A stretch of DNA of 64,000 nucleotides from an uncultured delta proteobacterium (GTDB lineage: Bacteria; Desulfobacterota; WTBG01; CAIYCZ01; CAIRTM01), in assembly GCA_963804955.1 (NCBI GenBank), contig CAWDSQ010000035.1, positions 27,373 through 91,372 on the forward strand, in the 5' to 3' direction. Positions 1 to 11,280 of this stretch are shown piece by piece (the stretch's first letter is position 1; the number at the start of each line of letters is the position of its first letter). The notes under the pieces are model-generated. The model was not told the DNA's origin. It searched no databases and saw only the letters and a program-made list of their open reading frames with translations. Made by a program: the position numbers and the translations under genes.

Positions 1-345
1 TTGAGCAGAATATTAAACAAGCTATTTCAGCTAGTTAAAAACAAAGAGCCCTGCATATCACTCCAACAGCCCTGCGAAAAAAGTTTTCAACAGGATTTTT
101 TTATAGACCTGAAAACGGCACGCTCAATGCATTGTTTTTCCGAAATTCAAACGCCCCTATTTTGATTGCCGCGAAATCCGTGTTGTGCAGGCAAGAAGTA
201 GCACTTTCTTGCAATATGAAGCGGTTTGAAGTATGTTTTTTATATTAATGCTTGTGACGGAGTTGGTCGCAGCAGCGCTGGAGCCGTTTGCATGGCTTAA
301 GCACCTTTAAACAGCAGACCAGGTAATAGAATCTAGGCTTATACT

Positions 346-1277
346 ATGGAAAAATCTGACAAAATTTTTATTGCCGGACATCTGGGCCTGGTAGGCTCAG
401 CCATAAAAAGACGGCTTGAAGCAGAAGGGTATACTAATTTCATACTGCGAACCCTTCACGAGCTCGACCTTACCAACCAGCAGGCGGTGCGTGATTTTTT
501 TGCGGCAGAGCAGCCTCAGTACGTGTTCCTCGCCGCGGCAAAAGTTGGCGGCATCAGGGCGAACAATGTTTATTCCGCCCAGTTCATCTACGAAAATCTG
601 ATGATTGAGTGCAATATCATCCACAGCTCCTGGGAGCAGAATGTCAAAAAGCTTTTGTTTCTGGGCTCCTCCTGCATCTATCCGAAACTGGCCCCCCAGC
701 CCATCAAGGAAGACTGTCTGCTCACAGGCCTTCTTGAAGCCGACCAATGAGGCCTATGCCATAGCAAAAATCGCCGGCATCAAGCTCTGCCAGATGTATC
801 GCAAGCAGTACGGCTGCAACTTCATATCAGTCATGCCCACAAACCTCTATGGCCCGGGCGACAACTACCACCCCGAAGACTCCCATGTCATCCCCGCGCT
901 CATACGCCGGTTTCATGAGGCCAAAATGCAGGGGCTTGCCGAAGTGGTCTGCTGGGGCACGGGCAGCCCGCGGCGCGAATTTCTCTATGTCGATGACCTT
1001 GCCGATGCCTGTTATAGCTCTCATGCATACCTATAATGAAGCCGAGCATGTCAATATAGGCACGGGAGCAGACCAGACCATTAAAGAAATCGCGGAACTG
1101 ATTGCCGAAACCACAGGTTTTAAAGGCAGCATCAGCTGGGACAGCTCAAAGCCCGATGGCACGCCCCAAAAGCTGCTGGATATGTCAAAGCTGCACAGCC
1201 TTGGCTGGCGCCACAAAACAGAGCTGAAAGAAGGGCTGAAAATCGCCTATGAAGATTTCCTGAAGCGCTATCAATAA
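346..1277 (+). CDS. fcl: GDP-L-fucose synthase (two apparent frameshifts)
   Basis: [14 protein letters not shown]ossmann motif, [42 protein letters not shown] and [11 protein letters not shown] across ORFs 346-750, 605-1036 and 849-1277. Confidence 0.95.
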
Positions 1278-1300
1278 AGCCGCTTTCCATGTTCCATAGA

Positions 1301-1330
1301 AAAAAGGCCTTCCCCATCGGGAAGGCTTTT
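1301..1330 (+). terminator. Intrinsic terminator after fcl (probably bidirectional)
   Basis: AAAAAGGCCTTCCC-CATC-GGGAAGGCTTTT hairpin with A-run and T-run. Confidence 0.75.
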
Positions 1331-1461
1331 CTTATCTTTTATATAATGTAGCTGTGGCCACCCTGCATATAAGAAAAGCCCCGCTCTCCCAGATAATAGG
1401 TGAACGGGGCCGGTACTGTTCTTTAATAAAAGATTAAAGCATCAGCAGGCGCTGCCAACCA

Positions 1462-2820
1462 TCATTTCGCCCATGTGATTGAGCCCTCGCAGTCGCCAAC
1501 AAGCACGCGATACTCTTGTGGATCAAGCGGCTCTCCATTAAACTTCGCCCGCATGAACAGGAAGCGCTTGAAAAATACTCGTGCGCGCACTACCTCTATT
1601 GCATCAGACTCCCATTTTATCACCGGGTTCTCGTCAAATTCCGTTCCCCTCTTGCCAATGACGAGCAGGGATCTGTTTTTTTCTTTGTCGCCAACCAACC
1701 AGCCAAGAGTTTTGGGGATGATTTTTACCTCGCAGGTCGGTAAAAAGTCGGTATAAAATGGATCAGTGTCATCAACGTCAAAGCCGCTGCTGTTATCTGC
1801 ATAGCCTTCAGGCGGCGTCAGAGAGCAAAATTCCGTCGCATTGTCGGCAATGCCGTACCCGTCGCCGTCGGCATCGGAGTAATAGGTGACTGTGGCGTGA
1901 ATTGCAGAATCATTGTCGTTGCAGTCCGGCCCCGCAGCGCAGTAATGTCCATACGTGTCATTGTCATTATCAATGCAGTTAGAAACAAACGCCAAGGAGT
2001 CGACCTCGGCCCCACCCGGGAACGCGCCCACAAGAGTGGTGCTGCCGGTGGCGGTATCTGCCGTGCGCAACTCACCCTGAAAGGCAGTATTATTGAATGC
2101 GGCAAGATAAAGCACCCCTGTATTCCAATCGAAGGACATGCCCTGGGCATAATTAGCATCGAAACCGAGAGCGCCTACAATCGTACCAGCGCCGGTTGAA
2201 GGATCTATGCTGATAAGGTTGTCATTGAGGATATCCACGCCGTACATCTCATTTGATTCGTTGATGGCAATGTCGATGATGCCCGGGGCATTGGTTATCT
2301 CACCAATCACGGTCGCGGTCCCGGTCGCGGGGTCTATGGTATAGAGGGTGGACCTGCTTATACTAGTAGATGAAGCATACAGGGGGCCGTCAACAGTCGA
2401 GGTCATGCCCGACCATATTTCGGCCCCGAAGGGTGTACAGGCGCCCACAAGGGTGTCAGCCGCGGTTTTTGTGTCTATGGTGTAGAGATTGTTCTCAGAA
2501 TAGCTGATGGCATATAGTGTTGAATTGTCCCCATTTAGAAAATCCCCGGCGAAAAATTGTCTGTTCGTGACAGGACCAATAACCGTCCAGACAGTAGGAT
2601 CGTCGGTGTTGAACCTAACGAGATTGCTGCCAGGAGAGGCTTCCAGGGCATAAGCGTTGGAGCCGGCCATTGGCTGATTTATTGATACGGGAGCTTCGAA
2701 TACAGGTGAAACTATTTTTGATGCACGCCCGCTAGAGGGGGCGGCGGCCTGACTCGTTCCAGCGGCCAGCGCAAAACAGAAACAAACTGCAACAACCATA
2801 ACCTGCAATACTTTTTTCAT
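1462..2820 (-). CDS. Secreted protein: beta-propeller-like repeats, acidic DxDxD/Cys motif region and conserved C-terminal domain
   Basis: Signal peptide MKKVLQ..SQA; repeated LYTID..TG..T.IG units; DNDNDTYG..DCND and DADGDGYG motifs; AGGAGGG RBS. Confidence 0.8.
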   Translation of the reverse strand: MKKVLQVMVVAVCFCFALAAGTSQAAAPSSGRASKIVSPVFEAPVSINQPMAGSNAYALEASPGSNLVRFNTDDPTVWTVIGPVTNRQFFAGDFLNGDNSTLYAISYSENNLYTIDTKTAADTLVGACTPFGAEIWSGMTSTVDGPLYASSTSISRSTLYTIDPATGTATVIGEITNAPGIIDIAINESNEMYGVDILNDNLISIDPSTGAGTIVGALGFDANYAQGMSFDWNTGVLYLAAFNNTAFQGELRTADTATGSTTLVGAFPGGAEVDSLAFVSNCIDNDNDTYGHYCAAGPDCNDNDSAIHATVTYYSDADGDGYGIADNATEFCSLTPPEGYADNSSGFDVDDTDPFYTDFLPTCEVKIIPKTLGWLVGDKEKNRSLLVIGKRGTEFDENPVIKWESDAIEVVRARVFFKRFLFMRAKFNGEPLDPQEYRVLVGDCEGSITWAK

Positions 2821-3098
2821 CCTACCCTCCTTTTATACATGCGGTTTGTGTAAATAACCTGAAATCGATATATTTAAATAATATAGCATGGTTTGTACAA
2901 ATATATATCTAAAAAAAACCCCTCCTCTGACGGACAGTCGCAAGCGCCCGTGCGCACAAGGCTTTTTTCTGTCTGAAGCAACACAGAGCAGCTGCCACTG
3001 AGAATAAAAAAGCCCCGTTCATCCGGGTGAATCAACAGGTGAACGGGGCATATTCTGTTAAGAGAGCAGATTAAGGCATCAGCAGGCGCTGCCTGCTC

Positions 3099-4997
3099 TC
3101 ATCTCGCCCATCTGATCGCGCCTTCGCAGCCGTCGATAAGCACACGGTATTCCTGCCACTCAAGCGGGTCGCCGTTGAACGTCGCCCGCATGAACATGAA
3201 CCGCTTGAAAAACACTCGTGCGCTTAAAACCTCAATCGCATCAGACTCCCACGTGATAGTCGCGTTATCGCTGAATTCCGTGCCCCTCGCGGCAATGACC
3301 AGCAGTGTTCTGGTTCTCTCTTTGTCGCCGATAAGCCGACCAAGAACTCCGGGTATAATTTTTACAGCGCATGCCGGTAAGATGTCGGTATAAAAGGCAT
3401 CCGTATCATCAACGTCAAAGCCACTGCTGTTATCTGCATAGCCTGCAGGCGGCGTCAGAAAGCAGAACTCCGAGGCATTGTCTTCATTGCCGTAACCGTC
3501 GCCATCGGCATCGCGGTAATAGGGAATCGGGTTGTGAATGGCGGAATTATTGTCATCGCAGTCCGGCCCCGCAGCACATCCTTGTCCATACGTGTCATTA
3601 TCATTATCAATACAGGCCGCCCAGATCAGCGAGTTAGCCATCAGCAGGGCGCCATCTGTTGTGGCAGTCCAGTAAGTCCGCCTGGGCATCGCTGGAGGGT
3701 GGGAAAAAGTTCAGGCCCACGATTTTCCCGGTGGTCGGCTGTTTTGTGGCCACCAGCGGAACGTCGTTGCTCCAATGCGCCACCTGGGTCGCTCCAGCCG
3801 TTAGGGTTACGACATTATGCCAGCTGCCAGATCCTCCGTCGAAGAAATTGACGCCCGCCATGATGGGATGGGCTGGCAGGTCCGGGATCAAAGTAAGCGG
3901 TGTTCCGAAGGTAAACGCGCCTGTCGTAAAAGGCAGGTAGCCTGCGCTTGCGAACCGCCCGGAAATATCACAACCCGGAACACCCCCGAACGCAAAGGAA
4001 GCCAGTACAACGCCGCCTCCGGCATCTGCATAGTTTGCCAGCACATCGCCCATTGCAGTGCTGTTACTGAAAGGAAAATCACTATACACGAGCACAGCGC
4101 TATATTGTTGCAGTTCTCCCCGGCTCGGAGTGTACGATCTTACATCGTGAACATCCACCCGGGTAAACAACCCGGTGCTGTTCAGTTTGCTCTGGACATC
4201 TGCAGCATTCGCTGAACTTTCTGCGCCATAAATGCCAACCACACCGCTGGTGTCTTCCGTGATGCAATTTCCCGCCCAGGCCAGTGCATTGCCCATCAGC
4301 CGTGCGCCATCCGTTGAGGCAGTCCATAAGGTCGGACTGGCATCGCTGGAGGGTGGATAAAAGTTCAGGCCCACGATTTTCCCGCTGGTCGATTGTTTTG
4401 TGGCCACCAGCGGCACGTCGTTGCTCCAATGCGCCACCTGGAACGCCCCGGCAGTCAGGGAGATTGTTTCATGGTAACTATCTAAACCTCCGTCGAAGGA
4501 GCTGACGCCTGCCAGGATGGGATGGGCCGGCACGTCCGGAATCAACGTGAGAGGTGTTCCTGAAGCCTGAGAGCCTTCTGTAAAAGGCAGGTAGCCGCCG
4601 CTTACGATCCGCCCGCGACAAGGCTGCTAATATTGAACGCAAAGGTAGCCACTACAACGCCGCCTCCGGCATCTGCATAGTCTGCCAGCACATCGCCCAG
4701 TGCAACGTTGTCACTGAAGGTATAATTACTGAACACAAGCACAGCGCTGTATTGCTGCAGTTCTGCCAGGGTCGGAGTGTAGGATCTTACATCGTGAACA
4801 CCCACCTGGGTAAACAGGCCGGTGCCCTCCAGTTTGCTCTGGACATCCTCTAATCTGTCTAAAGTGTTTGCGCCATAAATGCCAACCTTGCAGGGACCTG
4901 CTGCTGCGGCTTGATGCGGCGCTATAGAGAATACCGCGAAACTTGCCAGGAGCGCCACTGACAGGGTTAATGAAAAAACGCGAAAAACACGGTGCAT
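3099..4997 (-). CDS. Secreted protein with two tandem ~215-aa domains and the same C-terminal tail as 1462-2820 (frameshifted)
   Basis: ORFs 4602-4997 (signal peptide), 3634-4545 and 3099-3689 join; duplicated VHDVRSYTP..ELQQYSAVLV..HWSNDVPLVATK..VGLNFxPPSSDA. Confidence 0.75.
3620..4888. repeat. Intragenic ~650-bp tandem duplication
   Basis: CATCGCTGGAGGGTGG at 3687 and 4341; CGCCATAAATGCCAACC at ~4224 and ~4871. Confidence 0.85.
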
Positions 4998-5234
4998 AAA
5001 AACCCCCTTTCGAAGAAAAAATTTTTATGAATACATGCTTGAAAAAGAAAGTAATAACTAAAAAATAGCATACTAAAAAAGTTGCTTCAAATTAAATTTT
5101 ACAATACCGCATAAGCATACCAATCATGCCATTAAAAAAAGCCGGCATGAAGATTTCACCTCTGGCACCGGAGGCCTTTTTTCTTGCTTATCTAGTTGAA
5201 AAAGTATATGTTTTCTCATCTTGCGGCCCGGTAA

Positions 5235-6175
5235 ATGCCCATGCTTGAACACTATATCCGCACCTTTGAACAGCACCTGAGCGCTGAGCGCAATGCCTCG
5301 GCCCACACAAGCCGCGGCTACCTGCATGACCTGGCTGAGTTTGACCTGTTCCTGCAGGATAAGGGCTACGCGGCTGCGGGCCTGGCAGACATTGACAATT
5401 TTGCGGTGCGGGCCTGGCTTGCCTGCCTTGCCAGAAAAAACAAAAAAAGCTCGCAGGCGCGCAAGCTTTCAAGCATCAAGGCTTTTTTCAGGTTTTTAAA
5501 GCAGCAGGGCGTCATCGAGCACAACCCTGCCCAGCCCGTAAAGACGCCCCGGCAGGACACAGTACCTGCCCCGGCATCTGAGCGTTGACGAAATGTTCGC
5601 CGTGCTCGACAGCGTGCCCGAGGATAGCCAGTTGCAGGTGCGCGACAGGGCGATTCTTGAGCTGCTGTACTCGAGCGGTCTGCGCGTCAGCGAGCTTGTT
5701 GGCTTAAACCGCACCGGGCTTGAGCTTGCGGCGGGCTCGTTTAAAGTATTCGGCAAGCGCCGCAAAGAGCGCATTGTGCCTGTGGGCAAAAAGGCTGTGG
5801 CATGTATCGAGCGGTATATAGCCGCAAGCTCTGATCTGTGCCGGACAATCTATGGCGACGGGGCGCAAAAAAAAGCGCCCCTGTTTCTCAACCGCAATGG
5901 CGGCAGGCTCACGGCCCGGAGCATTGCCCGGATAGTTGATAGATACACCCTGCAGGCAGGGCGTGCTGCATAAGATGAGCCCCCACGGCATGCGCCATTC
6001 ATTTGCCACGCATATGCTCAATGCGGGCGCCGATCTTCGGGCCATACAGGAACTGCTGGGGCATGAAAGCCTGTCGACCACGCAGAAATACACCCACCTG
6101 AACATCGACAAGCTCATGGAGGTGTATGACAAGGCCCATCCCCGCAGCAGAACAAAGGAAGGAAAGGACTTGTAA
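5235..6175 (+). CDS. xerC: Tyrosine recombinase XerC (frameshifted)
   Basis: [45 protein letters not shown]; directly upstream of hslVU. Confidence 0.9.
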
Positions 6176-6176
6176 C

Positions 6177-6711
6177 ATGGACCAGTTTCGCGGCACCACC
6201 ATTCTTGCCATACGCAAAGAAGGCAGGGTCTGCATCGGCGGCGACGGCCAGGTGAGCTTCAACAACACGGTCTTGAAGCACAAAGCCAAAAAGCTCCGCA
6301 GGCTCTACCAGAACAAAATAGTTGCCGGCTTTGCCGGCGCTACGGCAGATGCTTTTACGCTGTTCTGAAAAATTTGAAAAAAAGCTTGAGCAGTACAATG
6401 GCAATATCGTCCGCGCCGCTGTGGAGCTTGCCAAGGACTGGCGCTCCGACAAAATTCTGCACAAGCTCGATGCGCTGCTGATCGTGGCAAATGAGGAGCA
6501 TCTTTTTATTCTTTCGGGCAATGGCGATGTGATCGAGCCCGATGACGATGTGGCCGCCATCGGCTCGGGCGGCCCCTATGCCCTGGCGGCAGCCCGTGCG
6601 CTGCTGCGCCATGGCAGCCTGCCTTTGCGCCAGGTTGTCGAAGAGTCCATGAAAATAGCCGCCGAAATTTGCATTTATACCAACAGTGAAATCTGCATCG
6701 AAGAACTGTAA
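6177..6711 (+). CDS. hslV: ATP-dependent protease subunit HslV (frameshift ~6366)
   Basis: [51 protein letters not shown]. Confidence 0.95.
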
Positions 6712-6758
6712 ACCGCTGCCGCCTGTGATGACAAAAGATTGTATTCACGCCCCGGCAT

Positions 6759-8149
6759 ATGAATGGTTATAACGACATATGGAATCCCAGACATCCCTTA
6801 AATCCCCGCGAAACCGTGGCCGCACTGGATAAGTTCATCATCGGCCAGAACAATGCAAAAAAGGCCGTTGCCATAGCTCTGCGCAACCGCTGGCGCCGCC
6901 AGCAGGTGCCGGAAGACCTGCGCGACGAAATCGCCCCGAAAAATATCATCATGATCGGCCCCACGGGCGTCGGAAAAACCGAAATCGCCCGCCGGCTTGC
7001 AAAGCTTGCCCAGTCGCCGTTTTTGAAGATCGAGGCCTCCAAGTTCACCGAAGTCGGCTATGTCGGCCGCGACGTTGAATCGATGATCCGCGATCTGACC
7101 GAGCTTGCCGTCAAGCAGGTGAAAGACGAGGAAGCTGAAAAGGTGCGGACAAAATCTCTTGAGATTGCGGAGGAAAAGCTCCTCGATCTGCTGCTGCCGC
7201 CGCAGCGCCGCCCCCGCAAAGATCAGCCCCGCAAATCGAAGACGGCCAGAAAACAGAGGTCGAAACGCAGGCTGAAACGCGCGAGAAGCTGCGGGCAATG
7301 CTGCGCGACGGCAAATTCGACGAGCGCGAAATCGAGCTTGAGATCACGCAGCAGAACATTCCCATGGTTGAAATTTTTTCGGCCTCGGGCCTCGAGGAGA
7401 TGGATATTAACATCAAGGATATGTTCGGCAATCTTTTGCCGAAAAAAACCAAAAAGCGCAAGGTCAAGGTTCCCGAGGCCCGCGAAATTATAGCCAAGGA
7501 GGAAGCACAGAAACTCATCGATATGGACAGGGTGACGTCCATGGCAGTGCAGCGCGTGGAGCAGTCGGGCATCATCTTTCTCGATGAAATCGACAAAATC
7601 GCCAGCCGCGAAAGCGGCCACGGGCCCGATGTGTCGCGCGAGGGTGTGCAGCGCGACCTGCTGCCGATTGTGGAGGGCTCGACCGTCACCACCAAGTACG
7701 GCATGGTCAGAACGGATCATATTCTGTTCATCGCCTCGGGCGCATTTTATGTTTCCAAGCCCTCGGACCTGATACCCGAGCTGCAGGGCCGCTTCCCCAT
7801 TCGGGTTGAGCTCAACTCGCTGTCCAAGGAGGATTTCATCCGCATACTCACCGAGCCGCAGAATGCGCTCATCAGGCAGTATATCGCCCTCATGGATACC
7901 GAGGGCGTGAAGCTTGTGTTTAGTACGGATGCCATTGAACGGCTTGCAGAAATCGCCACAACGGTCAATGAAAAGACGGAAAATATCGGCGCACGGCGCC
8001 TGCATACCATCATGGAGCGCCTGCTTGAGGATATTTCCTTTGAGGCACCGGAGCGCAGGGGCGATGAGATCGACATCGATGCGGCCTATGTGTCCCGGCG
8101 GCTCGATGATTTTATAAAAGATGAAGACTTGAGCAGATATATACTATAA
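6759..8149 (+). CDS. hslU: ATP-dependent protease ATPase subunit HslU (frameshift ~7230)
   Basis: [33 protein letters not shown]-terminal DLSRYIL; exact start uncertain. Confidence 0.95.
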
Positions 8150-8168
8150 TTATCAACAGATAACGGAC

Positions 8169-9050
8169 ATGCCCATGCAGACAGCCATTGAAAAAGTCAA
8201 TATCCTCATGGAGGCCCTTCCCTATATCCGGAAGTTCGCCAACAAGACCTTCGTGATCAAGTTCGGCGGCAATGCCATGATCGACGAAGCCTTAAGCCAC
8301 AGCTTCGCCCTGGATATTATTCTTCTGAGCTATGTGGGCATACGGCCCGTGGTGGTGCATGGCGGCGGTCCGCAGATAGGCGGGCTTATGGAAAAACTGG
8401 GCAAGCAGCCCGCATTCATCGACGGCCTGCGGGTGACGGACCAGGAGACCATGGACATTGCCGAGATGGTGCTCACGGGCAGCATCAACAAGGACATCGT
8501 GAGCCATATCAACAAAAACGGCGGCCGGGCCGTTGGCCTGAGCGGCAAGGACGGCAGCCTCCTCATGGCCCGCAAGATGCTTAAAAAAGACAAAAATGAT
8601 CCGTCGAAAACCATCGACATCGGTTTCGTGGGCGAGATCACCTCGGTGAACCCCCGCGTCATCAATACGCTTGACTCAAACCAGTTCATTCCCGTTATTG
8701 CACCTGTGGGCTGCGGCGAGGACGGCCAGACCTACAATATCAACGCCGATACGGCAGCAGGCGCCATCGCCGGCGCGCTCAAGGCTGAAAAGCTCATCCT
8801 GCTCACCGATGTCGAAGGCGTGAAGGACAGAGGCGGCAGCCTGCTCTCGACGCTCACCGAGCCCGAGGTGCAGCGCCTCATCAGCTCAGGCGACATATCC
8901 GGCGGCATGATACCCAAGGTGACCTGCTGCTGCAGGGCCCTTGATGAGGGAGTGGCAAAAGCCCATATCATCGACGGCCGCCTGGATCACGCGGTGCTAC
9001 TTGAAATTTTTACCGATATCGGTATCGGCACGCAGATTGTTAAGGCATAA
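8169..9050 (+). CDS. argB: Acetylglutamate kinase
   Basis: [45 protein letters not shown]. Confidence 0.96.
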   Translation: MPMQTAIEKVNILMEALPYIRKFANKTFVIKFGGNAMIDEALSHSFALDIILLSYVGIRPVVVHGGGPQIGGLMEKLGKQPAFIDGLRVTDQETMDIAEMVLTGSINKDIVSHINKNGGRAVGLSGKDGSLLMARKMLKKDKNDPSKTIDIGFVGEITSVNPRVINTLDSNQFIPVIAPVGCGEDGQTYNINADTAAGAIAGALKAEKLILLTDVEGVKDRGGSLLSTLTEPEVQRLISSGDISGGMIPKVTCCCRALDEGVAKAHIIDGRLDHAVLLEIFTDIGIGTQIVKA

Positions 9051-9114
9051 AGGGATAACGGAGCCAGAGGCGGAAAATTTTTCAACCGGCACGGGCCGGC
9101 AAGCGAGGTTGAGC

Positions 9115-10304
9115 ATGGTAAACGTTGTTGAAACGACTGACGAAAGCATTTTTCAGACCTATAAGCGGTACCCCGTCGTGCTTGACCACGGCAAGGGCTG
9201 CCTTGTGTGGGATGACAGGGGCAAGGAGTACCTGGACTTCCTTGCCGGCATCGCCGTGTGCAATCTGGGGCACTGCCACCCGGCGGTGGTGCAGGCGGCA
9301 AAGGAGCAGCTTGATAAGCTTATGCATGTTTCCAATTATTTTTACACCGGACCGCAGGCGGAGCTTTCCGAGCTGATCATCAAAAACTCATTTGCCGACC
9401 GCATTTTCTTCTGCAACAGCGGGGCCGAGGCCAATGAGGCGGCGCTGAAGCTGGCGCGCAAATATGGCCAGGACCACTCGGACGGCAAAAAGTATGAGAT
9501 CATCACCATGGAGTATTCCTTCCACGGCCGCACCTTTGCAACGCTCACCGCAACCGGGCAGGATAAGTTCCATCACGGCTTCGGCCCCCTGCTGCCCGGG
9601 ATTCAAATACGTGCCGTTTAATGACATCAAGGCGCTTCGCGAGGCCGTCAGCGACATTACCTGCGCCGTCATGCTCGAGCCCATTCAGGCCGAGGGCGGG
9701 GTGAACATGCCCGCGAAAGGCTATCTCAAAAGCGTGCGGGAGCTGTGCGATGAAAAGGGCCTGCTGCTCATCTACGACGAGGTGCAGGTCGGCCTGGGCC
9801 GCACGGGCAAGCTCTTTGCCTATGAGTACGCGGGCGTTGCCCCCGACATTATGACCCTGGCCAAGGCCATCGGCGGCGGGCTGCCGGGCGGTGCCATGCT
9901 GGCGGGAAAAACCGTGGCTGAGACATTCACCGCAGGCAGCCATGCCACGACCTTCGGCGGCAACCCCGTAGTGATGGCCGCCGGCGTTGCCACGATGAAA
10001 ATTCTGCTCGAGGGCTCGGTGCTTGAAAACTGCCGCGCCATGGGCGCTTATTTCATGGAACAGCTGGAAAAGTTCAAGGCGAAGTACCCGCAATTCGTAA
10101 AAGAAATCCGGGGCGCGGGGCTGATCATCGGCATGGAAACCACCCTTGACGGCCGCGATATCGTCAGCCGCTGCCTTGAGAAAGGGCCTCATCATCAACT
10201 TCACGCGCGACACGGTGCTGCGGTTCCTGCCGCCCCTGATCGTTGAGAAGCAGCATATCGACCGGTGCATGCAGGTGCTTGACGAAATATTTGCAGCTCT
10301 ATAA
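9115..10304 (+). CDS. argD: Acetylornithine aminotransferase (frameshifted)
   Basis: DFLAGIAVCNLGH, NSGAEANE, SFHGRT, DEVQVGLGRTG, TLAKAIGGG; follows argB. Confidence 0.92.
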
Positions 10305-10332
10305 CGCAATAAACAGCAAATCGAATATGGGG

Positions 10333-10364
10333 CCCTGTTATCTGAAGCGATGACAGGGCTTTTA
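10333..10364 (+). terminator. Intrinsic terminator after argD
   Basis: GCCCTGTTATC-TGAAGC-GATGACAGGGC followed by TTTT. Confidence 0.7.
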
Positions 10365-10532
10365 TTTTCAGCAACTGTTTCCAGTGCCCCTCACTGAAGC
10401 CGGACACTGCGCGGTATAACCCTTCAGTCCGTAGAAAGGGTGGCAACCCGCCGTTTCAGTTTTTATCATTGCTTCCCGCCGGTCATTTCATTTTTCAGGT
10501 TTTGTTCCGCAAACCCGACCTGTGAACTTTAG

Positions 10533-10633
10533 TATGACCATGGCGAGAAGATGCAAGGCTTCACCTGACTCCAAAAAGCCGCAGCCTGCTTCTTGAAAAA
10601 GCAGACCCGGCAATAGAAATGATCCTGGAATAA
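10533..10633 (+). pseudogene. Degenerate orphan 3' end of a paralogue of the 11281-13563 gene
   Basis: TATGACCATGGCGA..AAAAAGCCGC..CTTCTTGAAAAAGCAG..TAGAAATGAT..TGGA.TAA aligns by eye with 13450-13563. Confidence 0.7.
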
Positions 10634-10656
10634 CTAGCGGAAAATCAATTAAAGAA

Positions 10657-10697
10657 AAAAGCGGCGACGGCCCTGCATTCAGGGCCGTCGCCGCTTT
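10657..10697. terminator. Strong hairpin / bidirectional terminator
   Basis: AAAGCGGCGACGGCCCTG-CATT-CAGGGCCGTCGCCGCTTT perfect inverted repeat. Confidence 0.75.
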
Positions 10698-11280
10698 AAT
10701 GGGAGAAGGCATGCAGAGTGAATGAAAAGGGGGGGGGAACACCCACTCTGCACGCCATGAGAACATTTTATTTAAAAGATCCTGCACGAACCGTTGTGCG
10801 TTATTCATCGTTCATTTTAGTTTTAATATAGCACAACGATTATTAAAGGAAGGTTAAAAAAAAATTAGATAATATTAATGTGCCGCCGGCCTGCGGCAAT
10901 CGACTGAAAGCAGAAATGACAAGGCTAAAATGGCCCTGCCTTTTCTGTATCATTATAAAAAAGCGTTGAATTGATCTCATTATCACGTCTCCGTTTTCGT
11001 CGGTGTCAACGGTGTTTATAGGACTTCTATGTCCGGCCTGTTGTGGAACAATTAAAAACGGCACTGCATCATGCAGGAAGTCCTTCCCTGCCGTTTCAAA
11101 AAGGCATTAATGCCGGCCTCGATCCCGCAGCACTTCTATGCTATATTTTACATCATTGGGCGTCATATACCAACAGGAGGAACAAGGCAGGGTTGGTCCA
11201 CGGGTCTAATAACCCAGCTGTTTACCCGTGCATTCTCACAGGACTATCAAAATAATCATTTTTTGACCAAGGGGGTGTCT

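Noticed and set aside
5235..6175. Tyrosine recombinase as integron or phage integrase for the attC site
   Set aside because: XerC-like sequence in the conserved xerC-hslVU context, 9 kb away, with no evident IntI-specific insertion.
6366..6368. TGA in hslV as selenocysteine or recoding
   Set aside because: The protein continues in a different frame, so this is an indel rather than readthrough.
10365..10530. Possible ncRNA or riboswitch after argD
   Set aside because: No recognisable consensus on either strand; likely gene debris.
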